Source: Deltaproteobacteria bacterium (GTDB lineage Bacteria; Desulfobacterota; Syntrophia; Syntrophales; UBA2192). From it: a stretch of 64,000 nt of DNA. Position 1 is the first letter of the stretch, and every line of letters begins with the position of its first letter. The translations under genes and the position numbers were made by a program. Where the stretch lies: contig JAAYEC010000034.1 of the NCBI GenBank assembly GCA_012728915.1, positions 5,895 through 69,894 on the forward strand, given 5' to 3'. Below are positions 49,113-58,631 of the stretch, piece by piece. The notes under the pieces were generated by a model that saw only the letters and a list, made by a program, of their open reading frames with translations, was not told where the DNA came from and searched no databases.

Positions 49113-51002
49113 ATGGCCAGGTGGAACAAGGAAAAGAGGGTCCTCGATCACGAACACACCAAATTCTGGCGCTACGAGATGAAGGACGTCGATCAGCCGA
49201 ATCTCCAGAAGGACGTCTTCCCCTACGACGAGGTCTGCCGGATCGTGTTCGACCACAAGATCGTCTCGATGAGTCCCGCCGAGGACATTTTCATCACCGA
49301 CACGACCTTCCGGGACGGCCAGCAGGCCCGCCCGCCCTACACGGTCAAGCAGATCGCCGATCTGTACAGCATGATGAGCCGCCTGGGCGGCGAAAGGGGC
49401 GTCATCCGCCAGACGGAGTTTTTCCTCTACAGCCAGCGCGACCGCGAGGCGCTGGAGGCCTGCCGCGGCATGAACCTCCGCTACCCGGAGATCACGGGCT
49501 GGATCCGGGCCGTGAAGGAGGACGTGCCGCTGGTCAGGGAAGCGGGCCTCAGGGAGACGGGCGTCCTCACCTCCGTGTCGGACTACCACATCTTCCTCAA
49601 GCTCGGCGTGACGAGAAAGCAGGCCATGGAGATGTACCTCGACGTGGTGCGATCCCTCCTGGAGGCGGGGGTTGTCGCCCGCTGCCACTTCGAGGATCTC
49701 ACGCGCTCGGACATCTACGGGTTCGTGGTTCCCTTCGCCATCGAGCTGATGAAGCTGCGCGAGCAGAGCGGCGTCGATGTCAAGATCCGGCTCTGCGATA
49801 CCATGGGCTACGGGGTGACCTACCCCGGCGCGGCCCTGCCCCGAAGCGTGGACAAGATCGTGCGGGCCTTCATCGAGGACGCCGGCGTCCCCGGGCACCT
49901 GCTCGAGTGGCATGGACACAACGACTTCCACAAGGCCCTGATCAACGCCACGACGGCCTGGCTGTACGGCTGCAGCGGCGCCAACGGCACCCTGATGGGC
50001 ATCGGAGAGCGCACGGGCAACCCGCCCGTCGAGGCCCTTATCTTCGAGTACATCCAGTTGCACGGCGAAAACCGCGGGATCGACACCACGGTGATCACGG
50101 AGATCGCCGACTATGTCCGACGGGAGATGAACTTCAAGATCGCGCCCAACTACCCCTTCGTGGGCTCCGAGTTCAACGTCACCCGGGCGGGCGTCCACCT
50201 CGACGGCCTCGTGAAAAATGAGGAGATCTACAACATCTTCGACACGGCGAGGATCCTCAAGCGTCCCATCATGCTCGAGATCACCGACAAGTCGGGCAAG
50301 GCAGGGATCGTCCACTGGATCAACTCGCGGCTCGACCTCAAGAACGGCGAGGCGATCGACAAGCGCCACCCGGGCATCTCCGCGATCCACAAGTGGGTCA
50401 TGAAGCAGTACGAGGGCGGGCGCATGACGAGCATCTCCAACGACGAGATGGAGAAGGTCGTGCGGAAGTTCCTCCCCGAGCAGTTCATGTCCGATCTCGA
50501 GAAGATCAAGTACCGCGCCGCCCAGGCGGCCGTGGCGGTCGTCCGACAGGTGATCGAGCACCCCGTCATGAAGGCGATGAACCCCGAGATGCAGGAGCCG
50601 ATCATGCAGCAGTTCATCGACGAGAACCCCTCGATCCAGTTCGCCTACGTGGTCGACACGCACGGCAGGAAGATCACGCGCAATATCACGCACATCACGG
50701 ACCGGGCCAAGTACGAGAATTTCGGCGTCGGAACCGACTACTCGAACCGCGAGTGGTTCATCCGGCCCATGGAAACCGGCAAGATCCACGTGACGGATTT
50801 CTACATCTCCAAGATGACGGGCGCGCTCTGCATCACCGTTTCCGCGCCCATCGTCGACGAGCACGACGAGATCCGCGGCGTCTTCGGCGTCGACATCCGG
50901 TTCGAGGAGTGGACCAAGAGCGTGGACCTGATCTCCGAGGCCACCGAGCGGGCCCTGAAGGCAGAGTACGAGGCCAAAAAGAAGTCGGACCACTGGTTCT
51001 GA
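49113..51002 (+). CDS. HMGL-family synthase (Re-citrate synthase / homocitrate synthase / isopropylmalate synthase-like) with a C-terminal Cache/PAS-like domain
   Basis: DTTFRDGQQ and HGHNDFHKALINA ... GIGERTGN catalytic TIM-barrel motifs. The last 180 aa or so show a Cache-like signature (SNREWFIRPMETGKIHVTDFYISKMTGALCITVSAPIVDEHDEIRGVFGVDI). Confidence 0.8.
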   Translation: MARWNKEKRVLDHEHTKFWRYEMKDVDQPNLQKDVFPYDEVCRIVFDHKIVSMSPAEDIFITDTTFRDGQQARPPYTVKQIADLYSMMSRLGGERGVIRQTEFFLYSQRDREALEACRGMNLRYPEITGWIRAVKEDVPLVREAGLRETGVLTSVSDYHIFLKLGVTRKQAMEMYLDVVRSLLEAGVVARCHFEDLTRSDIYGFVVPFAIELMKLREQSGVDVKIRLCDTMGYGVTYPGAALPRSVDKIVRAFIEDAGVPGHLLEWHGHNDFHKALINATTAWLYGCSGANGTLMGIGERTGNPPVEALIFEYIQLHGENRGIDTTVITEIADYVRREMNFKIAPNYPFVGSEFNVTRAGVHLDGLVKNEEIYNIFDTARILKRPIMLEITDKSGKAGIVHWINSRLDLKNGEAIDKRHPGISAIHKWVMKQYEGGRMTSISNDEMEKVVRKFLPEQFMSDLEKIKYRAAQAAVAVVRQVIEHPVMKAMNPEMQEPIMQQFIDENPSIQFAYVVDTHGRKITRNITHITDRAKYENFGVGTDYSNREWFIRPMETGKIHVTDFYISKMTGALCITVSAPIVDEHDEIRGVFGVDIRFEEWTKSVDLISEATERALKAEYEAKKKSDHWF

Positions 51003-51052
51003 GCAGCCGTAAACGCCGGCAGCCTTCAGGAATCGGGGAAAGGATTGAGAAA

Positions 51053-51078
51053 AGGGCGGCTGAACAGCCAGCCGCCCT
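51053..51078 (-). terminator. hairpin downstream of uvrD (possible terminator)
   Basis: Perfect 10-bp stem AGGGCGGCTG/CAGCCGCCCT with a 6-nt loop. The minus strand continues TTTTCTC. Confidence 0.4.
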
Positions 51079-51224
51079 CCCTCATTGTCCGGTTCGTGAT
51101 TGTCACACAATATGGATATTCAACGAATTTGCAACAGCCACAGTTCGCCCCTGCGCGGTATCAGGAAGCGATGAAGTCCAGAAGCAGCGTCGCGGTCTGA
51201 ACGGATGCCCCCGCAGTCTCAAAA

Positions 51225-53261
51225 TCAGTCTTCATCGATGATCCACTGCTCGTAGGGCAGCTCCGTCGGGTGAAGGGCGTCCTCTTCGAGCTCCTCGATG
51301 AAACGGGACGGGCGGAGCGGGACCATCCCCGTCCCCCGGGAATAATCGATCAGCGGGTGGCACAGGTACAGCTGATCCCTGGCGCGGGTCGTTGCGACAT
51401 AGAAAAGCCTTCTCTCTTCCTCTTCGCCCCCCTCTTCGCCCAGGGCCCGGGCCAGCGGGATCATCCCCTCGGCGCACCAGATGATGAACACGACAGTCCA
51501 TTCCAGCCCCTTGGCCTGGTGAATGGAACTCAGGATGACCCGGTCCTTCTCCTCTGCCGCATGGGAGGCCTCGCTCTCGGCCGTGTTTGTCAGCAGGGAC
51601 AGTTCGGCGAGAAAATCCGTCAGGCTCGAAAAGCGGCTGGAGAAATCGGCCAGTTGCGCCAGATCCTCTTCCCGGGAAAAGCTGTCGGTGTAGCGGTCCT
51701 GCAGGTCTTCGCGGTATCCCCGGTCGAGAAGCAGGTGAATGAGGTCAGCTGGCGCCTGCTCGACGGCTTTCTCGAGCAGCAGCGCCAGGGTCTGGCCCAG
51801 CCGGAGAAGCCCCGGCGCGGCCGACTTGCAGATGCGCTTCACCCAGGCCGGGTCCCGGATCGCGGCCAGGGGGTCCCTCTCCGAGGACAGTGCCTTCCAG
51901 ACCCGGTCGACGGTGACCCTGCCCACCTTTTCATAGAGCCCGAGAACTCGCTTCCAGGCGGCCTCGTCCAGCGGGTTCACGAGCACCCGCAGGTAGGACG
52001 TAATGTCCTTCACATGGGCCATCTCGAAAAAGCGGATCCCCGAGCGGATCTCGAAGGGGATTCCCCGCCGGGTGAGTTCCATCTGAAGCTCCATGGAGTG
52101 GTAGTGGGCGCGGTACAGGACGGAGATCTCCCGGACCGGGACCCCTTCCATGATGAGATCCATGATTCGCCGCGCCACGAAGGCGGCCTGCAGGGTGGCG
52201 TTCCGCACCGGGATGTAAACGGGCTTGAATCCTCCCTTGCGCACCGCCCTCAGTTCTTTCGGGAACTGGTCCCGGTTCCGGATGATGCTCCGGTTGGCCA
52301 GGTCGAGGATCTGGGGGGTGCTACGGTAGTTCGTTTCGAGCTTGAAGAGCCTGACGTCGGGATACCGATCCGGGAAGCGAAGGATGTTCTCGAAGTTCGC
52401 GCCGCGGAACGAGTAGATGCTCTGGTGGTCGTCCCCTACCACCATGAGATTGCGGTGCCTGGAGCCCAGAAGATCGAGGATGGCGGCCTGGAGGCTGTTG
52501 GTGTCCTGGTACTCGTCGACGAGCACGTGCAGAAACCGCTCCGCGTATTCGCGCAATGCGTCGGGCTCGTTCCGCAGCAGCGCCAGCCAGTTCGCGAGCA
52601 GGTCGTCGAAATCCATCAGGTTGAGGGCCCGTTTCCGTTCTCCGTAGGCCCGGGCGATGTCGCGGATGTCCTCGGCCAGGGGGCAGAAGTGAGGAAACTT
52701 CCTCCCGATGACCTCTTCGAGGGGAGTCAGGGTGTTGACGGAGAACCCGATGATGGCTCCGAGGACGTCCCCTTTGGGAAATCGGCCCCCTTTCGTCTCG
52801 ATGCCGGCATCTGCGATGCACGCGTTCAGCAGCGACTTTGTGTCGTCGGCGTCCATGATGGAATAGTTGCGCCCATATCCCAGCCGGTCGCCGTGGCGTC
52901 TGAGCACCCGGTTCGCGATGTGGTGGAAGGTGCCCCCCCAGAGCCTGCGGATGTCCACGCCCGACAGAAGCTCCACACGGCCCAGCATCTCCCGGGCGGC
53001 CTTGTTCGTGAAGGTGGCCAGGAGAATCCGTTCCGGCGGCGTTCCCGTCTCGATGAGGCGGGCCACGCGGTAGGTAAGCGTCCTCGTCTTGCCGCTGCCG
53101 GCACCCGCGATGACCAGCACAGGTCCGCCTTCGGCCGTGACGACCCGGTACTGCTCGGGGTTGAGATCTCTCCTGTAATCGATCGGCAACGTCTTCCTCC
53201 TGCGGGACCGGTATTCTATGCCCTCTTCACCCGTTTCGCCAATAAGAAAATCCCCCTTCAT
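51225..53261 (-). CDS. uvrD: ATP-dependent DNA helicase, UvrD/PcrA/Rep family
   Basis: AGAGSGKT Walker A, VDEYQDTN, and helicase motifs through the C-terminus. The true start may be TTG 53189, which follows AGGAGG (see finding). Confidence 0.9.
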   Translation of the reverse strand: MKGDFLIGETGEEGIEYRSRRRKTLPIDYRRDLNPEQYRVVTAEGGPVLVIAGAGSGKTRTLTYRVARLIETGTPPERILLATFTNKAAREMLGRVELLSGVDIRRLWGGTFHHIANRVLRRHGDRLGYGRNYSIMDADDTKSLLNACIADAGIETKGGRFPKGDVLGAIIGFSVNTLTPLEEVIGRKFPHFCPLAEDIRDIARAYGERKRALNLMDFDDLLANWLALLRNEPDALREYAERFLHVLVDEYQDTNSLQAAILDLLGSRHRNLMVVGDDHQSIYSFRGANFENILRFPDRYPDVRLFKLETNYRSTPQILDLANRSIIRNRDQFPKELRAVRKGGFKPVYIPVRNATLQAAFVARRIMDLIMEGVPVREISVLYRAHYHSMELQMELTRRGIPFEIRSGIRFFEMAHVKDITSYLRVLVNPLDEAAWKRVLGLYEKVGRVTVDRVWKALSSERDPLAAIRDPAWVKRICKSAAPGLLRLGQTLALLLEKAVEQAPADLIHLLLDRGYREDLQDRYTDSFSREEDLAQLADFSSRFSSLTDFLAELSLLTNTAESEASHAAEEKDRVILSSIHQAKGLEWTVVFIIWCAEGMIPLARALGEEGGEEEERRLFYVATTRARDQLYLCHPLIDYSRGTGMVPLRPSRFIEELEEDALHPTELPYEQWIIDED

Positions 53262-53292
53262 CCCCCTTTTTCAAAGGGGGATGAAGGGGGAT
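53250..53292 (-). terminator. 43-nt perfect palindrome (20-bp stem, 3-nt loop) after adk paralogue 2, overlapping the ATG of the uvrD ORF
   Basis: ATCCCCCTTCATCCCCCTTT-TTC-AAAGGGGGATGAAGGGGGAT. On the minus strand it is followed by TTTCTTATT. Confidence 0.6.
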
Positions 53293-53313
53293 CTCGCCTT
53301 TCACCTTTCGCCT

Positions 53314-53964
53314 TCAGCCTTCTTTCAACGCCTTCTTCACCGCCTCCACCGTGTCGGCGCTCGAAAGCGAGGTGAAGTTTTTCAGCAACCCCTCTTTCTC
53401 GTAAAACCCGATAAGGGGCGCCGTCTTCGCGTTGTACGTCTCGAGCCTAAACAGGATGGCCGTCTCCGTCTCGTCGTCGCGCTGGACGACCTTGCTGCCG
53501 CACTTCTTGCACGTCCCGTCCGGATTCGGGGGCATGCTCTTGATGTTATAGATCTCCTGGCATGAGGGGTTGGAGCAGGTCCTGCGTGTCGTGAGGCGGT
53601 CGAGGATCACCTCGCGAGGCACCTCCAGGTTGACCACCATGTCGAGTTTCCGGTCGAGTTTCTTGAGCAGCGACCCGAGCGCCTCGGCCTGGGCGATGGT
53701 GCGGGGGAACCCGTCCAGGATGAACCCCCTCGCGCAGTCCGGCTCCTGCAGCCTCACCTCCATGATCTTCATGATCAGGGAGTCAGGCACGAGATCACCG
53801 CGGTCCATGTAGGCCTTGGCCTCCTTCCCCAACTCGGTCCCCTCGCGGACGGCGGCCCTCAGGATGTCCCCCGTCGAGATCTGGACGGACCCGTCGAAAT
53901 CGGTGAGCAGCTTGGCCACAGTCCCCTTCCCGGCACCGGGCGCACCCAAAAGAATGATCTTCAT
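53314..53964 (-). CDS. adk: adenylate kinase (paralogue 2)
   Basis: MKIILLGAPGAGKGT P-loop and ILDGFPRT. LID has CSNPSC...CKKCG. GGGAG Shine-Dalgarno precedes ATG 53964. Confidence 0.9.
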   Translation of the reverse strand: MKIILLGAPGAGKGTVAKLLTDFDGSVQISTGDILRAAVREGTELGKEAKAYMDRGDLVPDSLIMKIMEVRLQEPDCARGFILDGFPRTIAQAEALGSLLKKLDRKLDMVVNLEVPREVILDRLTTRRTCSNPSCQEIYNIKSMPPNPDGTCKKCGSKVVQRDDETETAILFRLETYNAKTAPLIGFYEKEGLLKNFTSLSSADTVEAVKKALKEG

Positions 53965-54129
53965 ATCGTTCTCCCTTCGTATGTCGCGATTCTTCCACCC
54001 GCAGGAGTGGGGGATCTTAGGGGAAATCGGATATCCGGTCAAGGAAAACCTGGCAGCGGGGACGGGTTGTGCGGTTTGCGCGTTTTCCTATCTGAGAATT
54101 CCAGGCTCTCAACGAATTCGGTATTCATG

Positions 54130-54161
54130 AAAAAGCCCCGCCGGCCGGCGGGGCTTTTTTT
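54130..54161. terminator. bidirectional rho-independent terminator
   Basis: A5, then GCCCCGCCGG/CCGGCGGGGC, then T7, between the cytidylate-kinase-like gene and adk paralogue 2. Confidence 0.75.
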
Positions 54162-54242
54162 CAGCCGGCATTCTCCGGCTTCGAATCCTTGAGTCCTTCC
54201 GGATGCCCTGACCCCGAACCCCGGTGCCTGAACCCGGTCCTA

Positions 54243-54956
54243 TTACTTGATGACCTTCTTCGCCGAGAAATCCTGCCAGTCTTTCGAATTGTAGGCTTCG
54301 ACGATGACTTTCGAGGCCTGATCGAGGTTGAAGTACTGGGTGTTGATGATCAGGTCGTAGTGGTTCGGGTTCATCGGGTCGACGTTGAAGTACTTCCGCG
54401 CGAAAGCGACCCGCTCCGACTCGACCGACAGGATGCGCTGCTTGGCTTCCTCCTTGGTCAGCTTGAAGAACGTCGCCACGTTGTTCACACGCACTTCCAG
54501 CGGGGCGATGGCGAAGACCCGGAGGCATGCCTCGGGGGGCAGAATAAAGCTCGCCCCGCGGCCCACGATGACGGCATTTCCATGCGCGCCGATCGTGCCG
54601 ATCACCCGGGTGAGATGCTCCATGAACTCATAGGGCCACAGGTGCCTCTCGCCGAGGGATTCGATCCAGTCGTCGAGCATGCTCTTGTCCTGCTCGTCCA
54701 GGGACTTGATCAGCCGCTTGCTGACCTTGGCGCTCTTGGCCACCTCGTCGATGATCTGGCGGTCCCAGTAATCCATCCTGAGGTCCTTGGCCACCCTCTG
54801 GGCAAGGAACCAGCCGCCGCTGCCGGGCAGTCGCGAAATGGCGATAACGGGCCGGATGGTCTGTTTGAATTTCTTTTTTTCGTTCAGTTCCCATCTCTTG
54901 GCCTGATCCTCTATGATCGCGGTCAGGGAACGCTTTGCGCGCGGCTTGAATTCCAT
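54243..54956 (-). CDS. cytidylate kinase-like family protein (Cytidylate_kin2-type, function unknown)
   Basis: Degenerate P-loop context AISRLPGSGG, followed by a CMP-kinase-like fold. GAGGAGG Shine-Dalgarno precedes ATG 54956. Confidence 0.72.
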   Translation of the reverse strand: MEFKPRAKRSLTAIIEDQAKRWELNEKKKFKQTIRPVIAISRLPGSGGWFLAQRVAKDLRMDYWDRQIIDEVAKSAKVSKRLIKSLDEQDKSMLDDWIESLGERHLWPYEFMEHLTRVIGTIGAHGNAVIVGRGASFILPPEACLRVFAIAPLEVRVNNVATFFKLTKEEAKQRILSVESERVAFARKYFNVDPMNPNHYDLIINTQYFNLDQASKVIVEAYNSKDWQDFSAKKVIK

Positions 54957-55181
54957 GACTCCTCCTCTCTCACCGCTGATAAGATCGGTATAATCAGTGC
55001 TCTCTCCGGCATGAATTCTCCCGCAGGGTTCACAAAACGCATGCTTTATACCTGTTACCCCGCAAGGAATCAAGGCAAAAAAGGCGGCTCGCGGTCTCTC
55101 CCGATTTCCATTCTTGACAGCCGTTCCGCCTGCGTCTAGGCTACGCTATCAATAACGGAAAGCGGAAAGAGAAACCCGGCC

Positions 55182-57071
55182 ATGACGGACACCACGCAGC
55201 TCCTCGACCTCTGGAAGCAGCGGCATCCCCGGAAATTCGCGGCGGAGAAGGAGATCTTCAGGCACATCAACCGGGGCGACACGATCTTCATCTCGTCGGC
55301 CTGCGCCGAGCCCCAGCACCTCGTCCACGCGCTGATCCGATACGTCAAGGAAAACCCCAAGGCCTTCTTCGACGCCGAGGTGCTTCACATTCGCACCCTC
55401 GGCGTGGCCCCCTATGCCGACGAGAAGTTCAAGTCCAATTTCCGGCACAACTCCTTCTTCATCGGCGACAGCACCCGCGGGGCGGTCAACAGGGGGATGG
55501 CCGACTATACGCCGGTCAACCTCTCCCAGGTGCCCGGCTTGTTCCGCCGGGGCCTCGAGCACGTCGACGTGGCGCTTCTCCAGGCCTCCCCGCCCGACGA
55601 GCACGGCTACCTGAGCGTGGGCGTCAGCGTCGACATCGTGAAGGCCGCCGCCGAAACGGCCCGTGTGGTCGTCACGCAGGTCAACCGCTGCATGCCGCGG
55701 GTCCACGGAGACACCTTTCTCCACATCGACGACATCGACTTCCTCGTCCCCTACGACGAGCCGCTCCTCGAGTATTTCCCGGCGGCCGACACGGAAATCG
55801 CCCAGCGGATCGGCAACTACGTGGCCCGGCTGATCGAGGACGGCGACACGATCCAGGTCGGCTACGGTACGATTCCCAACGCCGTCCTCTCGAACCTACA
55901 GGGCAAGAAACACCTGGGCATCCACACGGAGCTCATCAGCGACGGCATCGTTGAGCTGATGAAACGGGGAGTCGTCGACAACTCCCGCAAAACCGTCAAC
56001 CGGGGAAAGACCGTGGCCACGTTCTGCATGGGCAGGCGGTCGACCTACGAATTTCTCCACGACAACCCCTCCATCGACTTCCGGTCCATCGACTACACGA
56101 ACAACCCCCTGCTCATCGCCCGGCAGGACAACATGGTCGCCATCAACAGCGCGCTGGAGATCGACCTCACGGGACAGGCGACGGCCGAATCGATCGGAAA
56201 GACCTTCTACAGCGGCGTGGGCGGACAGGCGGATTTCATGCGGGGGGCGGCCCTGGCCCGCAACGGCAAGACGATCCTCGCGATCCAGTCCACGGCGGCA
56301 TGCGACGTGGTCTCGCGCATCGTCCCGTTCCTCAAGGAGGGGTCCGGGGCGACGTTACTGAGGGGGGATGTCCAGTATGTCGTCACCGAGTGGGGGATCG
56401 CCTACCTGCCGGGCAAGAACGTCCGCGAGCGGGCCATGGAACTGATCGCCATCGCCCACCCGAAGTTCAGGCCCTGGCTCATCGAGGAGGCCCGTAAGAA
56501 CGGGCTCATCTACCGGGACCAGGCCTTCATCCCCGGCGAGCGCGGCATCTACCCCGAGGAGCTCGAGACCTACCGCACCACGAGAGCCGGCATCAACCTC
56601 CTCTTCCGGCCCGTGAAGATCAGCGACGAGCACCGGCTCCAGGACTTTTTCTATTCCCTTTCGGACAGCAGCCTGTACCGGCGGTTCATCTCCTATCGCA
56701 AGGACATGCCCCACGAGCGGCTCCAGGATTTTGTCGTCATCGACTACACGAAGAAGATGGAGATCCTGGCCGTCCTCGGCGAGGAGGACAACGAGGAGAT
56801 CGTCGGCCTCGGCCAGTACGAGATCGAAGAGGACACCCACATGGCCGAGGTCGCCTTCGCCGTCAGCGATGCGCACCAGAGCAAAGGGATTGGTCAGGAA
56901 CTCCTCGGATATCTCACCTACCTGGCGAGACGGCAGGGGTTGCTCGGCTTCACCGCGGAGGTCCTGCTCGAGAATCGGCCCATGCTGCACGTATTCGAAA
57001 AGATGGGATTCGACATGGAAAAGCGGGTCGGGGCCGGGGTGTACGAGCTGAAGATGATGTTCCGGGAGTAG
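55182..57071 (+). CDS. acetyl-CoA hydrolase/CoA-transferase family domain fused to a Pat-type GNAT acetyltransferase domain
   Basis: N-terminal 430 aa or so carry SALEIDLTGQ and GVGGQADFMRGA (4-hydroxybutyrate CoA-transferase family). The C-terminal 190 aa or so carry GNAT motif A (QSKGIGQELL) in a Pat-like context (LYRRFISYRKDMPHERLQDF). Confidence 0.85.
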   Translation: MTDTTQLLDLWKQRHPRKFAAEKEIFRHINRGDTIFISSACAEPQHLVHALIRYVKENPKAFFDAEVLHIRTLGVAPYADEKFKSNFRHNSFFIGDSTRGAVNRGMADYTPVNLSQVPGLFRRGLEHVDVALLQASPPDEHGYLSVGVSVDIVKAAAETARVVVTQVNRCMPRVHGDTFLHIDDIDFLVPYDEPLLEYFPAADTEIAQRIGNYVARLIEDGDTIQVGYGTIPNAVLSNLQGKKHLGIHTELISDGIVELMKRGVVDNSRKTVNRGKTVATFCMGRRSTYEFLHDNPSIDFRSIDYTNNPLLIARQDNMVAINSALEIDLTGQATAESIGKTFYSGVGGQADFMRGAALARNGKTILAIQSTAACDVVSRIVPFLKEGSGATLLRGDVQYVVTEWGIAYLPGKNVRERAMELIAIAHPKFRPWLIEEARKNGLIYRDQAFIPGERGIYPEELETYRTTRAGINLLFRPVKISDEHRLQDFFYSLSDSSLYRRFISYRKDMPHERLQDFVVIDYTKKMEILAVLGEEDNEEIVGLGQYEIEEDTHMAEVAFAVSDAHQSKGIGQELLGYLTYLARRQGLLGFTAEVLLENRPMLHVFEKMGFDMEKRVGAGVYELKMMFRE

Positions 57072-57199
57072 CGGGCAGGCTGTCGGCCCGGGGCCATTCT
57101 TCGGCAAGAGGGCGGCAACGCCGGGCCGGACGGCGGCCGGCCTCATGCTCTCCGCTTTCCCGGCCTTCCCCCTTCTGACCCTATTGCCCTCCAAACACC

Positions 57200-58240
57200 T
57201 CATCCCCCCGGAGGGCGTTCGGCTTTCGCCGAGGGCGAACCGGCGGGCGTGGAACCGTCGGGAGACAACCCCGGCGCGGAGGAGGGTTCGCTTTTTGCCG
57301 GGCGCACGGCCTCGATCAGCCGGACGCCGCCGATGAAGCGGGAGCTGAAATACGCCGAATCGATGTGGTCGACCTTCCCCGCACGGTTTCTGGAGGAAAG
57401 GTGGAAGAATTCGCTGCCGCCGAGGAAAATCCCGACGTGGAGACGGTATTTCCTGGTCTGGAAGAACACGAGGTCGCCCGTGTCCAGGTTGTCCCGCCCG
57501 ACGCGGGCGCCGCACTTGAGTTGATCCCTCGCCGTCCGGGGCAGGTCGATGCTGAAGATCCCGTAGACTTTCCTCGTAAAGGCCGAGCAGTCGATGCCCC
57601 GCATCGTATTGCCGCCGAGCTTGTAGGGCACGCCCTCGTAGGACTTCACGAGATTGACGAAGAGTCTCCGTTCCGCCGGGTCGCTCCAGCGCGAGAGCGC
57701 CACGGGGGCCTTGGGCCCCGCGCTCTCCCGCTCCTCCCCCTGCAGGACGAGTTCATCCGTCTCGATGGAGCCGGCTTCCTCGAGATCCTCGTCGTCCTGC
57801 GCGTCCCCCGCGGCTCGCTTCGCCAGGACGAGGCGCTGCCCCGCCCTGAGCTTCGACGTCTTCAGGCCGTTGAGTTTCCTGATCTCGGAAACGGACAGGC
57901 CTGCCGCTTCCGCCACTCCGGCCAGCGTCTCGCCTTTCCTCACGATGTGAACCGTTTCGTCGCGGCCGGGTTGCTTCTTCGCGGCAGCCTGTTCGGCGCT
58001 CTTCCCCTGCGCACGGCCCGCGGGGATGACGAGCGCCTGGTTGGGCTTCAGGGCGTCCCCGGCCAGGCCGTTGGCCGTTCGAATAGTGTCGGCGCTGACC
58101 TGGAATTTCTTTGCAATCCTGTAAAGGCTGTCGCCGGCCTTCACCCGGTAGCGCACCTCGGCGGCCGATGCGCCTGCCGCCAGAAGCGTCACGCAGAAAA
58201 AGAGCATGCCTGCCCCGAGGTAGAACCATCGCTTTCTCAT
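57200..58240 (-). CDS. LysM-domain NlpC/P60 peptidoglycan hydrolase
   Basis: Signal peptide, two LysM repeats (YRVKAGDSLYRIAKKF and HIVRKGETLAGVAEAA), and NlpC/P60 catalytic Cys (GIDCSAFTRKVY) and His (HVGIFLG). GGAGG Shine-Dalgarno precedes ATG 58240. Confidence 0.85.
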   Translation of the reverse strand: MRKRWFYLGAGMLFFCVTLLAAGASAAEVRYRVKAGDSLYRIAKKFQVSADTIRTANGLAGDALKPNQALVIPAGRAQGKSAEQAAAKKQPGRDETVHIVRKGETLAGVAEAAGLSVSEIRKLNGLKTSKLRAGQRLVLAKRAAGDAQDDEDLEEAGSIETDELVLQGEERESAGPKAPVALSRWSDPAERRLFVNLVKSYEGVPYKLGGNTMRGIDCSAFTRKVYGIFSIDLPRTARDQLKCGARVGRDNLDTGDLVFFQTRKYRLHVGIFLGGSEFFHLSSRNRAGKVDHIDSAYFSSRFIGGVRLIEAVRPAKSEPSSAPGLSPDGSTPAGSPSAKAERPPGG

Positions 58241-58631
58241 CCCGGTCCCTTTCCTCCTTCCCTGCAGGGGCCTCTCAGGGGCCATCGCGTCTTGAGCGAG
58301 TCTCGGCTGCCGGCGCGTTCCCTCCCCGGACATCGGAACGTGCGAGCAGCCGAAACGCTACACGAGCTTCAGGAGGCTTGTCAATTCTTTCTTGCGCGGC
58401 GCCGCCGTCACCCCGGCACCGCGCATCGTCGCGCACGGGAGGGACTGTCGCCCGCCCCGCCGGGACGCCCCGCACCGCATTCGATTCCGGCCGCTTCTTC
58501 GCGCATCGAAGTTCGTCTTGCCATCCCCGGCGTTTTCCATTACGGTAGGAAGCGGAACGCACCCCGCAGGAGCCCTTTTCCCCTTTCACGATGACGCCCG
58601 AAGCAGGCACGATCCAGGAAGGAGGCAGCCG

